Source: Cyanophora paradoxa CCMP329 (taxonomy: Eukaryota > Plantae > Glaucophyta). From it: 64,000 bases of DNA. Location: contig QPMI01000514.1 in the NCBI GenBank assembly GCA_004431415.1, forward strand, positions 62,001 to 126,000, read 5' to 3'. Below are positions 46,243-58,104 of the stretch, piece after piece; position 1 is the first letter of the stretch, and every line of letters starts with the position of its first letter. The position numbers and the translations under genes were made by a program. The notes under the pieces are model-generated. The model did no database searches. It was not told the origin of the DNA and worked only from the letters and a program-made list of their open reading frames with translations.

Positions 46243-47256
46243 ATGGCGCAGCCGCCTCCCAAGCCTTCGGGCGGAGACGACACCGACGATGAGCCGGAGC
46301 AGCTGCAGTACAAGGTCATCCTCTTGGGCGACGGTGCGGTCGGCAAGACCTCCATTGCGAATCGCTTCTGCGAGGACTACTTCGGCAAGATCTACAAGGT
46401 GAGCCCCGCGCGCGACCCGCCGGAGCTAGCCTGCGCTGCTCTGCTGCTCGGCTGGGGCCCGCTGTCGCCGCGCTAGGAGTTCACACCTGCTGCTGCGCAG
46501 CAAACCATCGGTCTTGACTTCTTCATCAAGCGCCTGGTCCTTCCAGGCGCGCCTGTTTCTCTTTCTGGCGCCTTGCCAGTGCGCTCTTCTTCCGCAGCGT
46601 CGCTGACTGCGCGGCGCGAGCAGGGGACATCCACGTAGCACTTCAGATATGGGATATCGGCGGGCAGACCATCGGCGGCAAGATGATCAACAATTACATC
46701 TTCGGCGCCCAGGCCGTCCTCCTCTGCTACGACATCTCCAACTTCCAGACCTTCCAGAACTTGCAGGACTGGTACGCGCTCGTGCGGAGAACCTTCGAGA
46801 AGCAGGAAAACCTCCCCTATATTGCGCTGGTCGGGAACAAGAGTGCGCTCCTTTGCGTTCCTTTTCGCGGTCGCGGGCGCTCACCGCGGGGCCGCAGTCG
46901 ACCTCAACCACATCCGGACAGTCAAGCCGGACAAGCACAGCGCGTTCGCGGACGAGCACGACATGTACAGCTACTTCATGTCGGCGAAGACGGGCGACAA
47001 CGTGAACACGTGCTTCTACCGTATCGCCGCCGACCTCGCGGGCGTTGTCCTCACGAAGCCCGAGCTCGAGATCGCATCGGTCCGTCCCTCCGTCTTTCCC
47101 GCGCCCCGCCGCCTTCCCGCCCGTTCGCCCTCTCACCGCGCCGCGCCGGCCGAGCAGAAGGTCGTCACCGCCCAAATAGTCAACCACCCGAACAAGGAGG
47201 ACTCCACGGACGCAATGACCGGGGAGAGCCAGAAGAAGAAGTGCCTCCTCATGTGA
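46243..47256 (+). CDS. RAB28: Rab28 small GTPase
   Basis: [11 protein letters not shown]|[28 protein letters not shown] (Rab28-type G3), GNK|xDL, SAKTG, CaaX CLLM. Confidence 0.95.
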
Positions 47257-47859
47257 GGGGCCACGCCCAGGGCCCCCCCTCGTCACGCCCCCTGGGCCGC
47301 CGACGCCCTCCCCTCTCTCCCCGGGCCCCCGCCACCGACCTTCTCTCCCCTGCCCTCCTCTCTCCCGCGCCCTCTCCTGTTCCACTTTCCTCCCCTTCCC
47401 ATCGACTTCCGCTTCTGTAAACTTGTCTGAACCGTTCAAACCTTCCGCGTTCGGCTCAGATGGCGGGCTTGCTGCAGTTTTCACCGCTCGCCGCTGGGCG
47501 GCCGACTCGGCGAGCTCCGGCATTGCCCGGCCTAGGCCTGGCGGCCATGGCCAGGCTGCCGGCCGGCATGGCTAAAGGGTGCAACTGCGGGCTTCCTCTG
47601 CTTCAGACGCCCGCTGCGGGGCCAGCTGCTGCCGCAGTTCCTCGCACAGCACTCAGTGAATCAGCGATCGATCGCGATATGATGTATCCGAATTCGAAAG
47701 ATATGTATTTATACGTACACGTAGAATTCCGGATTCGAATTCGAAGAGAGCGCGTCGAATTCGAAGCTGCGCATGCGTTGTGCGCGCATTCGTATACGCG
47801 TACGCGTACGTAGCGCTATATATATCTATATATATAGGCTAGGGGCCGGCCGCGGCCGC

Positions 47860-48049
47860 AAATTCAAGCCTTGAATATTTAATCAAACGTACATCAATTG
47901 CAAGGCTTGAATTTATATTTAATTATATATAAATAAATATAATCGAATTTCGAAGTCCCCCCCAGCCCCCCGCCCCCTCCCCCCCCTCCCCCCGCGCCCG
48001 CTCCGCCACCGTCGCACCGCCCCCCTCCCTCCCCCAACCCCCCACGTGC

Positions 48050-48080
<31 letters not shown>
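47860..48080. repeat. 14-bp inverted repeat followed by C-run tract (G-quadruplex potential on minus strand)
   Basis: aaattcaagccttg (47860-47873) / caaggcttgaattt (47901-47914). Multiple C-runs at 47957-48080. Confidence 0.65.
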
Positions 48081-48674
48081 ATGCGCACATGGCGCCCGGC
48101 TGTCGCAGTGATCGTGTGTGCTAGCGCTAGATATAGTCTACGGCCGGCAGGGGCTCTTGAGTGTATAGAGCCGGTCCCAGTGGAGCAGGATTTGAAGATT
48201 ACACCTTTAAGCTTGAATTGAGAGGGACATCATGGCGTCGAGAATTCGAAGCAAAGTTCGTCGAATTATACACCCAATTAAAGCTCGGCGAAAAAGACAC
48301 AAAGCTTGCAAAAAGCACTACTAGGCTACAGACATTAAAACGGATCTGCTGCTGACTCGACCGCTATAACAGAGGATCCTGAAATACAGGGCTGGCTTTT
48401 GGCTCCGCGCCAAGTGATTTGGACCCAAGACACAACGCCTGAAGTCAGCAGTCTACGAGTGAGGCTGCAGAAATCTCGAAACTCAGATCAAGGATCGAGT
48501 CACAAAAAAAGCAGCGAATGAAACGAGGCGTGTGGCCTCGGAGTGAGGGAAGGGTAATAGGGGGTAATAGGGACATGTTTCTCAGTAATACTGTACACTT
48601 CGGTTGCCTGGGGTGCGCCCTCCGACGTCGACGAGGCGCGCCCCACTGCCGAGCGCCGGCCGAATTCGGAAAGG

Positions 48675-49476
48675 CTACGCGATTCCGCGCGTTCGGAGCT
48701 CCTGCGCGACCTCCTCGAACAGCAGCTTCTCCTCTGGATGCGAGACCGTCGCGAGCGCCTCGTCGAAGCGCGCCCACCTGCGGGGGAGCTCGTCAGGGCG
48801 CCGCCGCCAGCAACAGCCAGTCTCCAGAAATCTAGCACCGGTGATCGAGGATCTCCTCCGGCTGGAGCACGACGTCGCCCTCCGGCACGAGCGCAACGTA
48901 GTAGACGACTGTCTTTATGTAGCGCTCCCCCCGCTTCACGACGTGGTACGCTGTCGTGAACGTGTGCGGCAGCAGCACGTCGCCCGGCTGCGCGCGGGCG
49001 TTTGAGACCCGGCCCGCGGCGCGTCGTAGCATAACACGTACGATCAGACCGGTCTCCTCGAATAGCTCGCGAGTGGCTGTCTGCCACTGGGTCTCACCGT
49101 CGTCGGGGTGGCCCTGCCGTCCCTGGTCAGCACCCAACCTCGCCGATGCCGGGCGATCAGGCGCGGGGGGCCAATCACCTTGGGGAATGACCATATGGGC
49201 CCTTTCTTCTGCTTGATCACCAGCACCCTGTGCGCCCAGGCACACGTCAGCGGGAGCCGTGACGCCTGCGCAGAGGCGTCCGGACCTCAACTCGCCATCG
49301 ATCCGCCGCAGCGGCACAAAGCCGATCGATGTTTCTTGCGTGCACCTCCGGGGCCCGGCGGAGCAGCACTCGTTCGAAGATGACGCCAGTGATGCGGGGG
49401 CGCGTTGTTGAAACCCCCTGTGGCTGAACAGATCTACCGGCTGAACAGGCACTCTTACAGGCCCTACTGATACCAT
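48675..49476 (-). CDS. NUDIX hydrolase, Ap4A hydrolase (NUDT2)-like
   Basis: SIGFVPLR..VLVIKQK..WSFPK|GHPDDGETQWQTATRELFEETGL (Nudix box), KTVVYYVA, EEILDHR|WARFDEA. Confidence 0.88.
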
Positions 49477-49943
49477 TTCAGGAGGCTGCAGCGAGCGGAC
49501 GCGAGCGGCCGCCGCGCGTTGTCGGAGGGGTGCGGCGAGGCGCCGGCTTGCGGTGCTGATGTAGCTGATGAGACAGCTAAGAAGGCTGCTGTCGCCGCCG
49601 CGGCACCGTGGGCGTGAAACGAACGCGACGAAAGAGATGCGACCGGCTTTTTTTCGAGCAGGAGGGGTACAGAAATCATGAGCACGCTTGTACCCCCGCG
49701 AGTGCCCCCAATGCCCCCCAACGCCCCCGCCGGCCCTCCGCCGGCCCCTTGGCGCCTCGTGCGATTGTCTCTTGCTCCCGGGACTCCGCTGCGCAAACAA
49801 TGTGCTTGAATGTCCTCCCTGACTTCATACGCGCCGGGCGGTTCATGCGAGGCGGCAGCTTGTCAGCGCTTCTAGTCAGTTAGGCAACGCCGCGCCTCGC
49901 CTGTGCCTGGCTCGCACGTACGACAAGGGCGACCTGCCGCTAC

Positions 49944-52900
49944 ATGGAGCCGCGCACCCTGGCCGCCTCGTGCGGCGGCCTGTCGCTGGAGGCCGTGCAT
50001 GGCGTGGCGACGGCGCGGGCCGTCGCGTGCCTTCCGCACTGGAGCGGCCGCGGCGTGCTCGAGCATATGTACGTGGCGCTCGGGCCGGGCCTGGCCAGGT
50101 GTGCTTGCTTTCAGCGCTTGAGCTTGACCTTCCCCTCCACCCGGTCTGATAGTTCGCGCGGGTGGGAGCACGACGGGCCGGGCGGTTGGCGCCTGGCGGC
50201 GCGGACGCTCGCGCTCCACGACGACGTCGTCACGTGCCTGCTGGCGCTGCCTCCGCCGCCGGCCGGCGTCGAGGCCCGGCCGCTCCTCGCGAGCTTCTCC
50301 TTCGGCGGGGAGGTTGCGCTCTGGGAGGAGGAGGAGTCCGGCCCGGGCCGGCCGGCCGCGCTGCGCCGCGCCTGCCCGCCCGCGCACGTCGGGCGGGCGA
50401 AGCTCACGTGGGCAGCCGCATGCGCCGCCGCCGGCGGGCCGCGCGTGCTGACCTACTCGGAGGACGCGGGGGGTATGGTCGCCTGCCTGGAGGTCGCGGA
50501 GGGCCCGGCCCTTCGGCTCCTGTGGACCAGGGAGGGTGCGCCCAGCCCGCAAACCAGGCTGCCGGGCCCTGCGCGGCCCAGGGGTATGACCACCAGCTTT
50601 GCGGCCGTTTCCAGGCGCCGTACCCCTGTTCGAATCCGACGCGGACGGTCTCCTAGTGGCCGTTCGCGGATCCCGCGGCGGGGAGGGGTACAGCATTGTA
50701 CGGACGGCCTGGGGTACGGCGGAGGAGTGGGACGCGCCCCCGTCGGCCTCACTCCCCGCCCCGGCGCCCTCCTTCCCCACCACAATCGTCCGCGACCCCT
50801 CCGGACGAAGATTCGCCGTACCCCTCCTCGACCGGAGCGTCCACGTCTACGGGGCGGGGCCGGGCGGCGGCCTCGAGCCGCTCTGGACCGTCCCCCCCTG
50901 CAGCTCCGGGTCCGCACCCGGCTGCCCCCCGCCTTGTTGTCTCGATTGACGAACCCACTCCCAGCTTCGTCCGGAGCGTCGTTCTGGAGGACAGCGGGTG
51001 GTGCCTGGTCCCGACGGACTCGGGGTACGTCCAGGAGCACGCCCCCGGCGGCGCCCTGTCCCGCAAGCGTCGCAGGCACGAACCCCTTGTTTTCATGTAT
51101 CCCGTATCTTCCGCCGCATCTGACGTACCCGCGCGCGCAGCGCCCGGGGCGTGGTTCACTTCCTCGCGGCGGCGCCGCCCGACGCGGGGAGCGAGGACCC
51201 GGCCCGGAGGTGCGGCAGTGGTACCCCGGGCCCGCCTTAGCCTCCGTACCCCCCGTCCGACGCGGGCCACAGGAGCCTCGTGGCGTGCACCGAGGCGGCC
51301 GTGCACATCATCCCCGGCGGGGCGAGGGACGAGGGCGGGGGCGGGGGCGGGGGCGGGGACCTCCCCTCCTCCCACTGCGTCCACGAGGTGCCGGCCCCCT
51401 CGAACTCCGTAGGATCGCGCTCGCTTCAGGCCGCTCGATGCGAGCGAGGAGCACCCGCAGGTCGCCTGCTGCGGGGTCGACTTGTTTCCCTCCGGTGACC
51501 GCGTCGCCTCCGGTGGGCGCCGCCCCTCCTCCCGTGGAGGCGCCCCGGCCCTGATCGGGGGGTACGTGCGCAGGCGACCTCGCGGGGAACCTCGTCGTCT
51601 GGGACTGCGGCGCCGGCGCGTGCGCCGAGTGCCGCCCCGCCGCCCGCGCCTCCGTGCCCGACAGGTGCCCCGCGGCGCGCCCCCCCGCGCGCCCCGCGCT
51701 CCTCCGGCGCGCTCACCCGCGGCAGCGTGCGGTGCGTGTGCGTGCTCCCGGACGGCACCGTCCTCGCCGGCTGCCTCGACGGCGGGTCCGCCTCGCCTGC
51801 CGAGAGCTCGCGCCGCTCCTCTAGATCTCACGGCCCTCGCGATCGGCCGCGGGGGCGCGCAGGGTGTTCGCGTGGGACCCGGCCGGCCCCGAGGCGCCCG
51901 CGATGGTGCCCCCCGCCCCCGCCCCGTCTGTCCCGGCCTGTCGAGCTCGCCGGGCAGGCGGTGAAGCTGGACGGCTCGGTGACGGTGCTCAAGGCGCGGC
52001 CGGGGCCCAGCAGCGGCCCGGGGGGTGCCCGAGGCGACGCGGGAGTGGAGGTGGCGGCGGGGACGACGGCGGGGAGCGCGCACCTGCTCGCGCGGGCCGG
52101 GGCGCGGGCGGGGCGTGGCGGGGGCGGGCGGGGGCGGCGCACGAGCCGGTGGCGGGCCACGAGCGGCCCGATGCCTTCGGCTCCCTCCACGCCTACGCCG
52201 AGGTGCCCGCCGGGCCGCAGCCGGGGCGAGGGCCGAGCCAGCGGCCTGCTGACGCGGGGCCGGCGCCGCGCAGGTGTGGTCGCTCGCGTGGTCCCCCTGC
52301 GGCGAGCGCCTCGCGACCTGCTCCGAGGACCAGAGTGTGCGGGTCCGCACCCTCGACCTGCGCACCCTTCTCGACTTGTCTCCTTCCCTCGCTTATGTTC
52401 TTCGGCAGGTCTGGTCGGCAGGCGCACTCTTCGGCGGCGGCGGCGGGCGGCCGGAGCGGTGCGCGCGCGTGCGCACCGGCGCCGACTCCGCCTCACGGGG
52501 CGGGCAGGACGCTGGGGGGGCACACGGCGGCGGTCACGAGCGTGGACTGGGCGCGGCGGCGGGGCGACGGGCGCCCCCTCCTCGCCTCCTGCTCCGACGA
52601 CCGGTCCCGCCGCCCCCTTCCTCGCTCTCCCTCCCTTCCCTTCGCTTTCCATCTGACCCCCCGCAGGACGGTGCGGGTGTGGGGGGCGGAGGGGGACTGG
52701 CCCCTGCTCGCCGTGTACGACACCTTCGGATACGTTCCCGCCGCCGAGGCGCGCCCCGCTCGATGTCGAGCTGCGCCGAGCTTCTGAGAGACGGGCTCGG
52801 GCGCCGCGCAGTGGCACACGCTGACGTACCTCTCCCTCGGCGGGGGCGACGCCCTCGCCTGCGCCGCTCAGGTCCACCCGCCCGCGCCAAAGCGCGGCTC

Positions 52901-53303
52901 AGCTCGGGCTGCAGTCTGCTGCGCATCTGTATTTGATGGTTGACGGGCGCTTCAATTTTGGTGCAGAACGGGTTCCTGTTCCTGTGGACCCTCCCCGAGG
53001 GCGACGGCGATGGCGGCGCCGGCAGCGCCCCGCCCCGCGTCGCGCGGAAGGCCCGCCCGCCCGCCCGCCCCCCGCCCCCTTTGAGGCGACTCGGTGAAGG
53101 AGCCGGGCGACCTTCGCTGGCAGGTGCACACGGGGAGCGTGGAGGGGCTGGCGTGGCGGGGCCGGCGGGTGGCGACCTGCTCCTCCGACTGCACCGTCGC
53201 CGTCCACAGCGCCACGCGGCCCGAGCCCGAGGCCGAGGCCGAGGCGGAGCCCGAGGCGGAGGCGGAGGCTGCTACAGCAACCTCGCGATCGAGCTCGCCG
53301 TGA
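49944..53303 (+). CDS. WD40-repeat protein (multi-exon)
   Basis: HDDVVTCL, VWSLAWSPCGERLATCSEDQSVR, GHTAAVTSVDW..LASCSDDR|TVRVW, HTGSVEGLAW..VATCSSDCTVAV. Confidence 0.8.
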
Positions 53304-54210
53304 CGTCGACCGCTATCCACACCAAAAAGCATCACATTCATATTAAAGCCTTCGAATTCGAATTCACAGGGGCGCGCCGCGGCGCACGCAATCGATACCG
53401 GTACCTCGCGATCGCACGTGCACAGGGATTGCGTATACGCGTACGTATATCTACAATTTAATTTCGAATTCGCAGTTTCAGCTTTTTCTGCTTGACTTTG
53501 TATATACGTAATGCTGACAGAAACCGAGATCACGCACATAATCATCATCATGCATCTATATGACATGACTTCCGAATTCGAAGTGCTTATAAAGAGGCAG
53601 CACTTTCGATCTGCTTGAATTATATACGTAGGTGAACATGTACATATTGCTAAAAAGATTGTTAGAGGCATAAAACCAAGAATTTACGAGATTATCTAGC
53701 TCACAGAACATCATGCATGTAACATCCGATGATCGATCGATCGATCGCAAACGATCGAGAGGCGTCGACACACAACGTCGACGGATCTAGGCCGAAAAAT
53801 TCTGGAAGCCCGTACCGTAGTACGGCCGGCGCCGGCCTCTAAGTGCAAATGCAAATAAAAAAAGCGGCATGAAGATCTAGAAGGGACTCCCGCCTACATG
53901 CATGCGCGACAGCTGTGCTGATCTGCAGCTAGCCTGGTAGCTGTCGTAATTACTGTACATACCTGCATTAAGCTGAAGAAGCCTTTGGAGCTGTAGGAGG
54001 GGGCGCTATCATAAAAATTCAAACTGTGAACTGATGTCCTTTCACGCGTTTCTATTCATCATATATAAGCCTGCCGTCGTCTTCAAAAACCCAGAAGCAA
54101 AGTTGAGCAGGCATGCATATGGAATCCCGGGGGAAAGCTAAGATCTAGAACGGAAACGACGAATCGGGTCTAGTTGAAACTAAGCTCGAGGTCAAGTGAG
54201 CAAGTAAGGC

Positions 54211-57200
54211 TCATATCTCGAAGAGGACGAAGGAGATGTGCATGATGAGCATGCCGAGGACGATGCTCGCGGCCGTGAACTTGTCACCCGCACGGATCCT
54301 GCCCACGCACACACGGCCGTTCAGATCAGATCGGCCGACGAAGGCAGCGGGGGCGGCGGGGCGCAGGAGGGGGCGCGGGCACCGGAAGGCGGTGGGGAGG
54401 AGCTCGACGACGGCCGTGAAGACCTGCGCGCGCGCCGAAGCAGAGCCGGCCTCAGCGTCAACAGCAGGGCCCGGCAGCGTGGCGGCCGCGATCCAGAAGG
54501 CCGAGCCGGCGGGGGTGGCGGCGCGGAGCCGCTGGGGCGCGTGGGCGCACCATGACGCCGCCGACGAGGCCGAAGACGATGCCGCTCGCCGCGGAGGTGA
54601 GGCCCTGGTCGATGATGCCCCACCCTATCGCCGCCCCTGCGCGGTCGCAACGCCGCGACCGGCCGCGCTCTCAGAGGCGGCGCGACTCGCGTGGGCGCCG
54701 GGGTGGGCGGGCGGGGGGCACCGACGGGCTCGGAGATGCCGGAGAGGAAGCACCAGAGGATCGCCTTCTTCCGACTCTTCGTCGCCTGAGATCGAAGCGG
54801 CGCGGGGCGGGCGGTCGGCTCGAGCACGCGCATCGGCGCCGGAAGAAGAAGGCGCAGAGGGCGGACCTGCAGGACGGTGATGCCGACGCTGATGCCCTCT
54901 GGTATCGATCGACGCCGACGACGGTCAGGAAGCGCTCACGCTCGAGCTCGAGCTCACGGCGCCGAACGAACCGGGGATGTTGTGGACGGCTGTTGTGCAC
55001 GTGGAGGAGGAGCCGTCAGAGGGGGCCGGCGGGAGGACGGGCGGGCTTTATCTGGGGCGGGGGCGGCGCTGCAGCTGGGGGAGGCGGACCGATGGCGAAG
55101 GCGACGGCGCCGCCGACCTTGAGGTCGGACGCCAGCGAGAGGAACGAGGCCAGGCCCTCTGCGGCGCAGGGGGGCGACGGTGAGAGGGCCCAAAAGAAAA
55201 AGAAAGAAAGAAAGAAAGAGCGCCGGCTAGCCCGGCCGGCCGGACGCACCCGGGATGTTGTGCATCGTGATGGAGATCCTGCGCGCGTGCACGCCGGCGG
55301 CGTCAGCCGAGGGCTCGGGGGGGCGGAGGGGCGCGGGGCCCGGAGGGGGCGCGCCAGGTGACGATGGCGACGGAGAGCAGGCGCACGCCCGAGACCTGTG
55401 CCCGCGGCGTCGGCGCGGGTCGAGGCGGAGGTCGAGCGCGAGGCGGGGGTCGAGGCCTCGCCGCCCGAGGCGCTCTACGCCTAAGCTCGAGGGCGGCGGT
55501 GGCAGCGCCCGCGGGCGCGGCTGGCGGCGCCCCCCCGCACCTCGAGGTCCGACGTCGGGCTGCCCCCGCTCGAGCTCGAGCCCAGCTTGCACCCGCCCGG
55601 CGCCCCCGCCTGCCGGCCGCGGCCAGTGAGCCGACCAGACGAGGTTCAGACAGGAGCGGGCGGGGTCGGGGGCGGGCGGAATCGGCGGGGGCGGGGGCAC
55701 CTCGGCCGTGTCCTCCAGCACGAGGAGGTCCTTGGAGGAGGAGCCGGCGGGGGCCGCAAGCGCCGGCCTCGTCGACCCCGCCGCCACCGAGGCCGAGGCG
55801 GCGGCGGCGGCGCCGGCGTCGGCGCTGCGGGCAGTGACGAGCTCCAGCGGGCGATCGCGCTCGGGCTCCGGCGCCTGCGCGCGACCGCGAGCGGGGGCGT
55901 TGGCGCTGGGGTCGGGCGCGAGGGGAGCCTAGGAGGGATCGAATCTCGAGAGCGCGCGCCTCGATGTCGCGCTCGGGCTCCGGGAAGACGGCGGTGATGC
56001 TTTGCACGTGGCGCGCCCCGGCCTCGCGCCCGCGCTTCTCCTCCGCGCCTTCGAGATCGCCCAGTCGGCGGGGGGCGAGGGAGGTCGAGGCGGGGCCGGG
56101 GCGGGGCGCACTGGGGCGGCGCGGGGCGGCGAAGGAGGAGATGCGGGCGGGGGCCTTCGGGTCGGCCGCCTCCTCCCCGCCGCCGCACTCGGAGGAGAAG
56201 GAGAGGGCGCCGCAGCCCGAGTCCACCCGCCCCAGCGCGAGCTTCCTCAGCTGCGCCCCGCCCGCCCCTCCTTCAGCTCCCTCTCTTGCCCTCCTTTCCT
56301 CTCTCTTTCTCTCTCTTTGGTGGTGGCGGGGGGTGCGGGGACCTGGTAGCCGGCGGGCGGGGCGCGGGCGTCGCGCTCGGCCTCGGCCTCCTCGAGGGCC
56401 GCCACCACGTCCGGCTCCGTGTCCTGCGCCCCACGCCTCAGCCGCGGGCGCCGCGCTCGGGGCCACGCTGGGGGAGGCCTAAGGGCGGGGCGGGGCGGCC
56501 GCGGGGCGCGCGCGCGCCTTGATGAACTTGTTGATGGCGTAGTCGAGGAGGGCGACAGCCAGCATCCCCGCGAAGAACGAGGCGCCCACCTGCGCGCCGC
56601 CGGGGGGAGACGGCGCAGAGCTCGAGTCAACACGCGCCGCTCAATGTGAAAGGAGAGGGCGCGAACGAACCGCGCCGACTCGCTTAATGCCCGAGTGGTC
56701 GACCGGCTCCGGCTCCGGAGCGAGAGCGGCGGCGAGGGCGGCGGCCGGGGTCGGGTCCGGGGCCGGGACGGGGGCCGAGGCTCCCGCCGTGGCTCCCACG
56801 TGGTAGAGGCGGCGGGCCCCGCCGGCGCTCGCCCCGGCGCCCGCTTGCGGTGCCGGTGCCGCTTGCAAGTGCTGCGCAGCGGAGGGGAACAGGGCGGCCG
56901 CTCACGATCAGATCGCGCTCGCGATCGAGGGGGCGCGCGCTCGGGCGAGCTCGAGGGCGCGCCTCGAAGTGCTTCCCGAACTCCTCGTCAGTGTGCGTCA
57001 ACACTTCCACGTACGACACGTGGATCTGGGGGACGAGCCGCGGCCCTGATCAGGTGCGTTCTGGGCGAGAGTTCAGCGCCCCTGGCCGGGCGACTGCGCA
57101 CCATGACTCCTGCAGGTGCACGCGTACGTGTTTCGCGATCGGCGCGGGCGCGCTTCGGTCAGCGCGCACGGGGAAATTCGCGGGCAAGTTCGGACCTGCG

Positions 57201-57419
57201 GCGAGGCCCAGGGCGCCGGCGAGGATCTTGCGGGACGTGAGGGCTTGCGGAAGGAGCGCCAGGAGACCCCCGATCACCGTGGCGAGCCCTGCCGGCGGTC
57301 ACGGAGCCCCGCGCCCCACGTACGCGTGCGCACCGCAGCGCGCAGGCGCTGCGCTCACCGGCGGCGACCGTGAGGGCGAATGCCGTGGCGAGGGAAGCGC
57401 CCTCGATCGGCTGCGTCAT
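54211..57419 (-). CDS. ZIP-family (ZupT/GufA-like) metal transporter with long loops
   Basis: LTVAA|GLATVIGG, LGLAA|GVM|IHVSYVEVL, FFAGML, two HNIPEG motifs, SRKKAILWCFLSGISEPVG, GLVGGVM, ELLPTA. Confidence 0.88.
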
Positions 57420-58104
57420 CTTGCGCGACACGTACGCGTGCTGCCCGGTCGCGCTGTTGCTGCTGCTGCTGCTCGGAAGGGATGAAGCGCACGTGGGAGG
57501 ATCTCGCTCCTCTGACTATGCGCTGGAGTGATCGCGGCTGGCGCGCGCTAGCTATAGGAAGGTGGGATAATGAAGCAGCCGATGCGCGCGCATGCAGGCT
57601 GATGATGCAGCTGGAGGGAGCAACTTGTTGGGGCAAGGGCAAGCTTAAGCTAAGCACGCTGCGCCGCGCATGCATGCGACGCCAGGCGACGGCAGGCGTA
57701 CGCGTACGCCGGCGCCATGGATATCTGCAGCGCATGCCGGCGCACGCCCAATCGCAATTTGATTGGGCGCGCGCACGCGCTGCCCGCGAATCATTCGCCG
57801 AGACGCGGTGACGGGTGGGAGGAAGCTTCAAGAACCAAGTTGCTCCTACTACCGGGCCTAGTACCGGCCCGGGTAGCTCTGCCTAAAGCCGTGTAAGCCG
57901 CAAGCGCGCAGCCCTAGCGCAATAGCTTTAATTTAGCTTTATAGCGCTAGCTATAGCTATATAGCATTTTTTGCCGGGGAGCGCCTCAAGCTTGGTTTTA
58001 TTTGGCTCAGATTTCGATTAAGATTAGAATAGGCAGGGACGGTCGGAGAAAGCAAACAGCGAAGAGCGGCAATTAGGCGCGAGATCTACGGCGATGCTAC
58101 CAGT

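Noticed and set aside
48161-48355. AT-rich 64-aa ORF, possible TE relic
   Set aside because: GTG start, no recognisable motif and no defined termini.
52952-53671. 239-aa minus-strand ORF
   Set aside because: It overlaps the WD40 3' end in antisense and runs through palindrome-rich intergenic DNA, with no domain signal.
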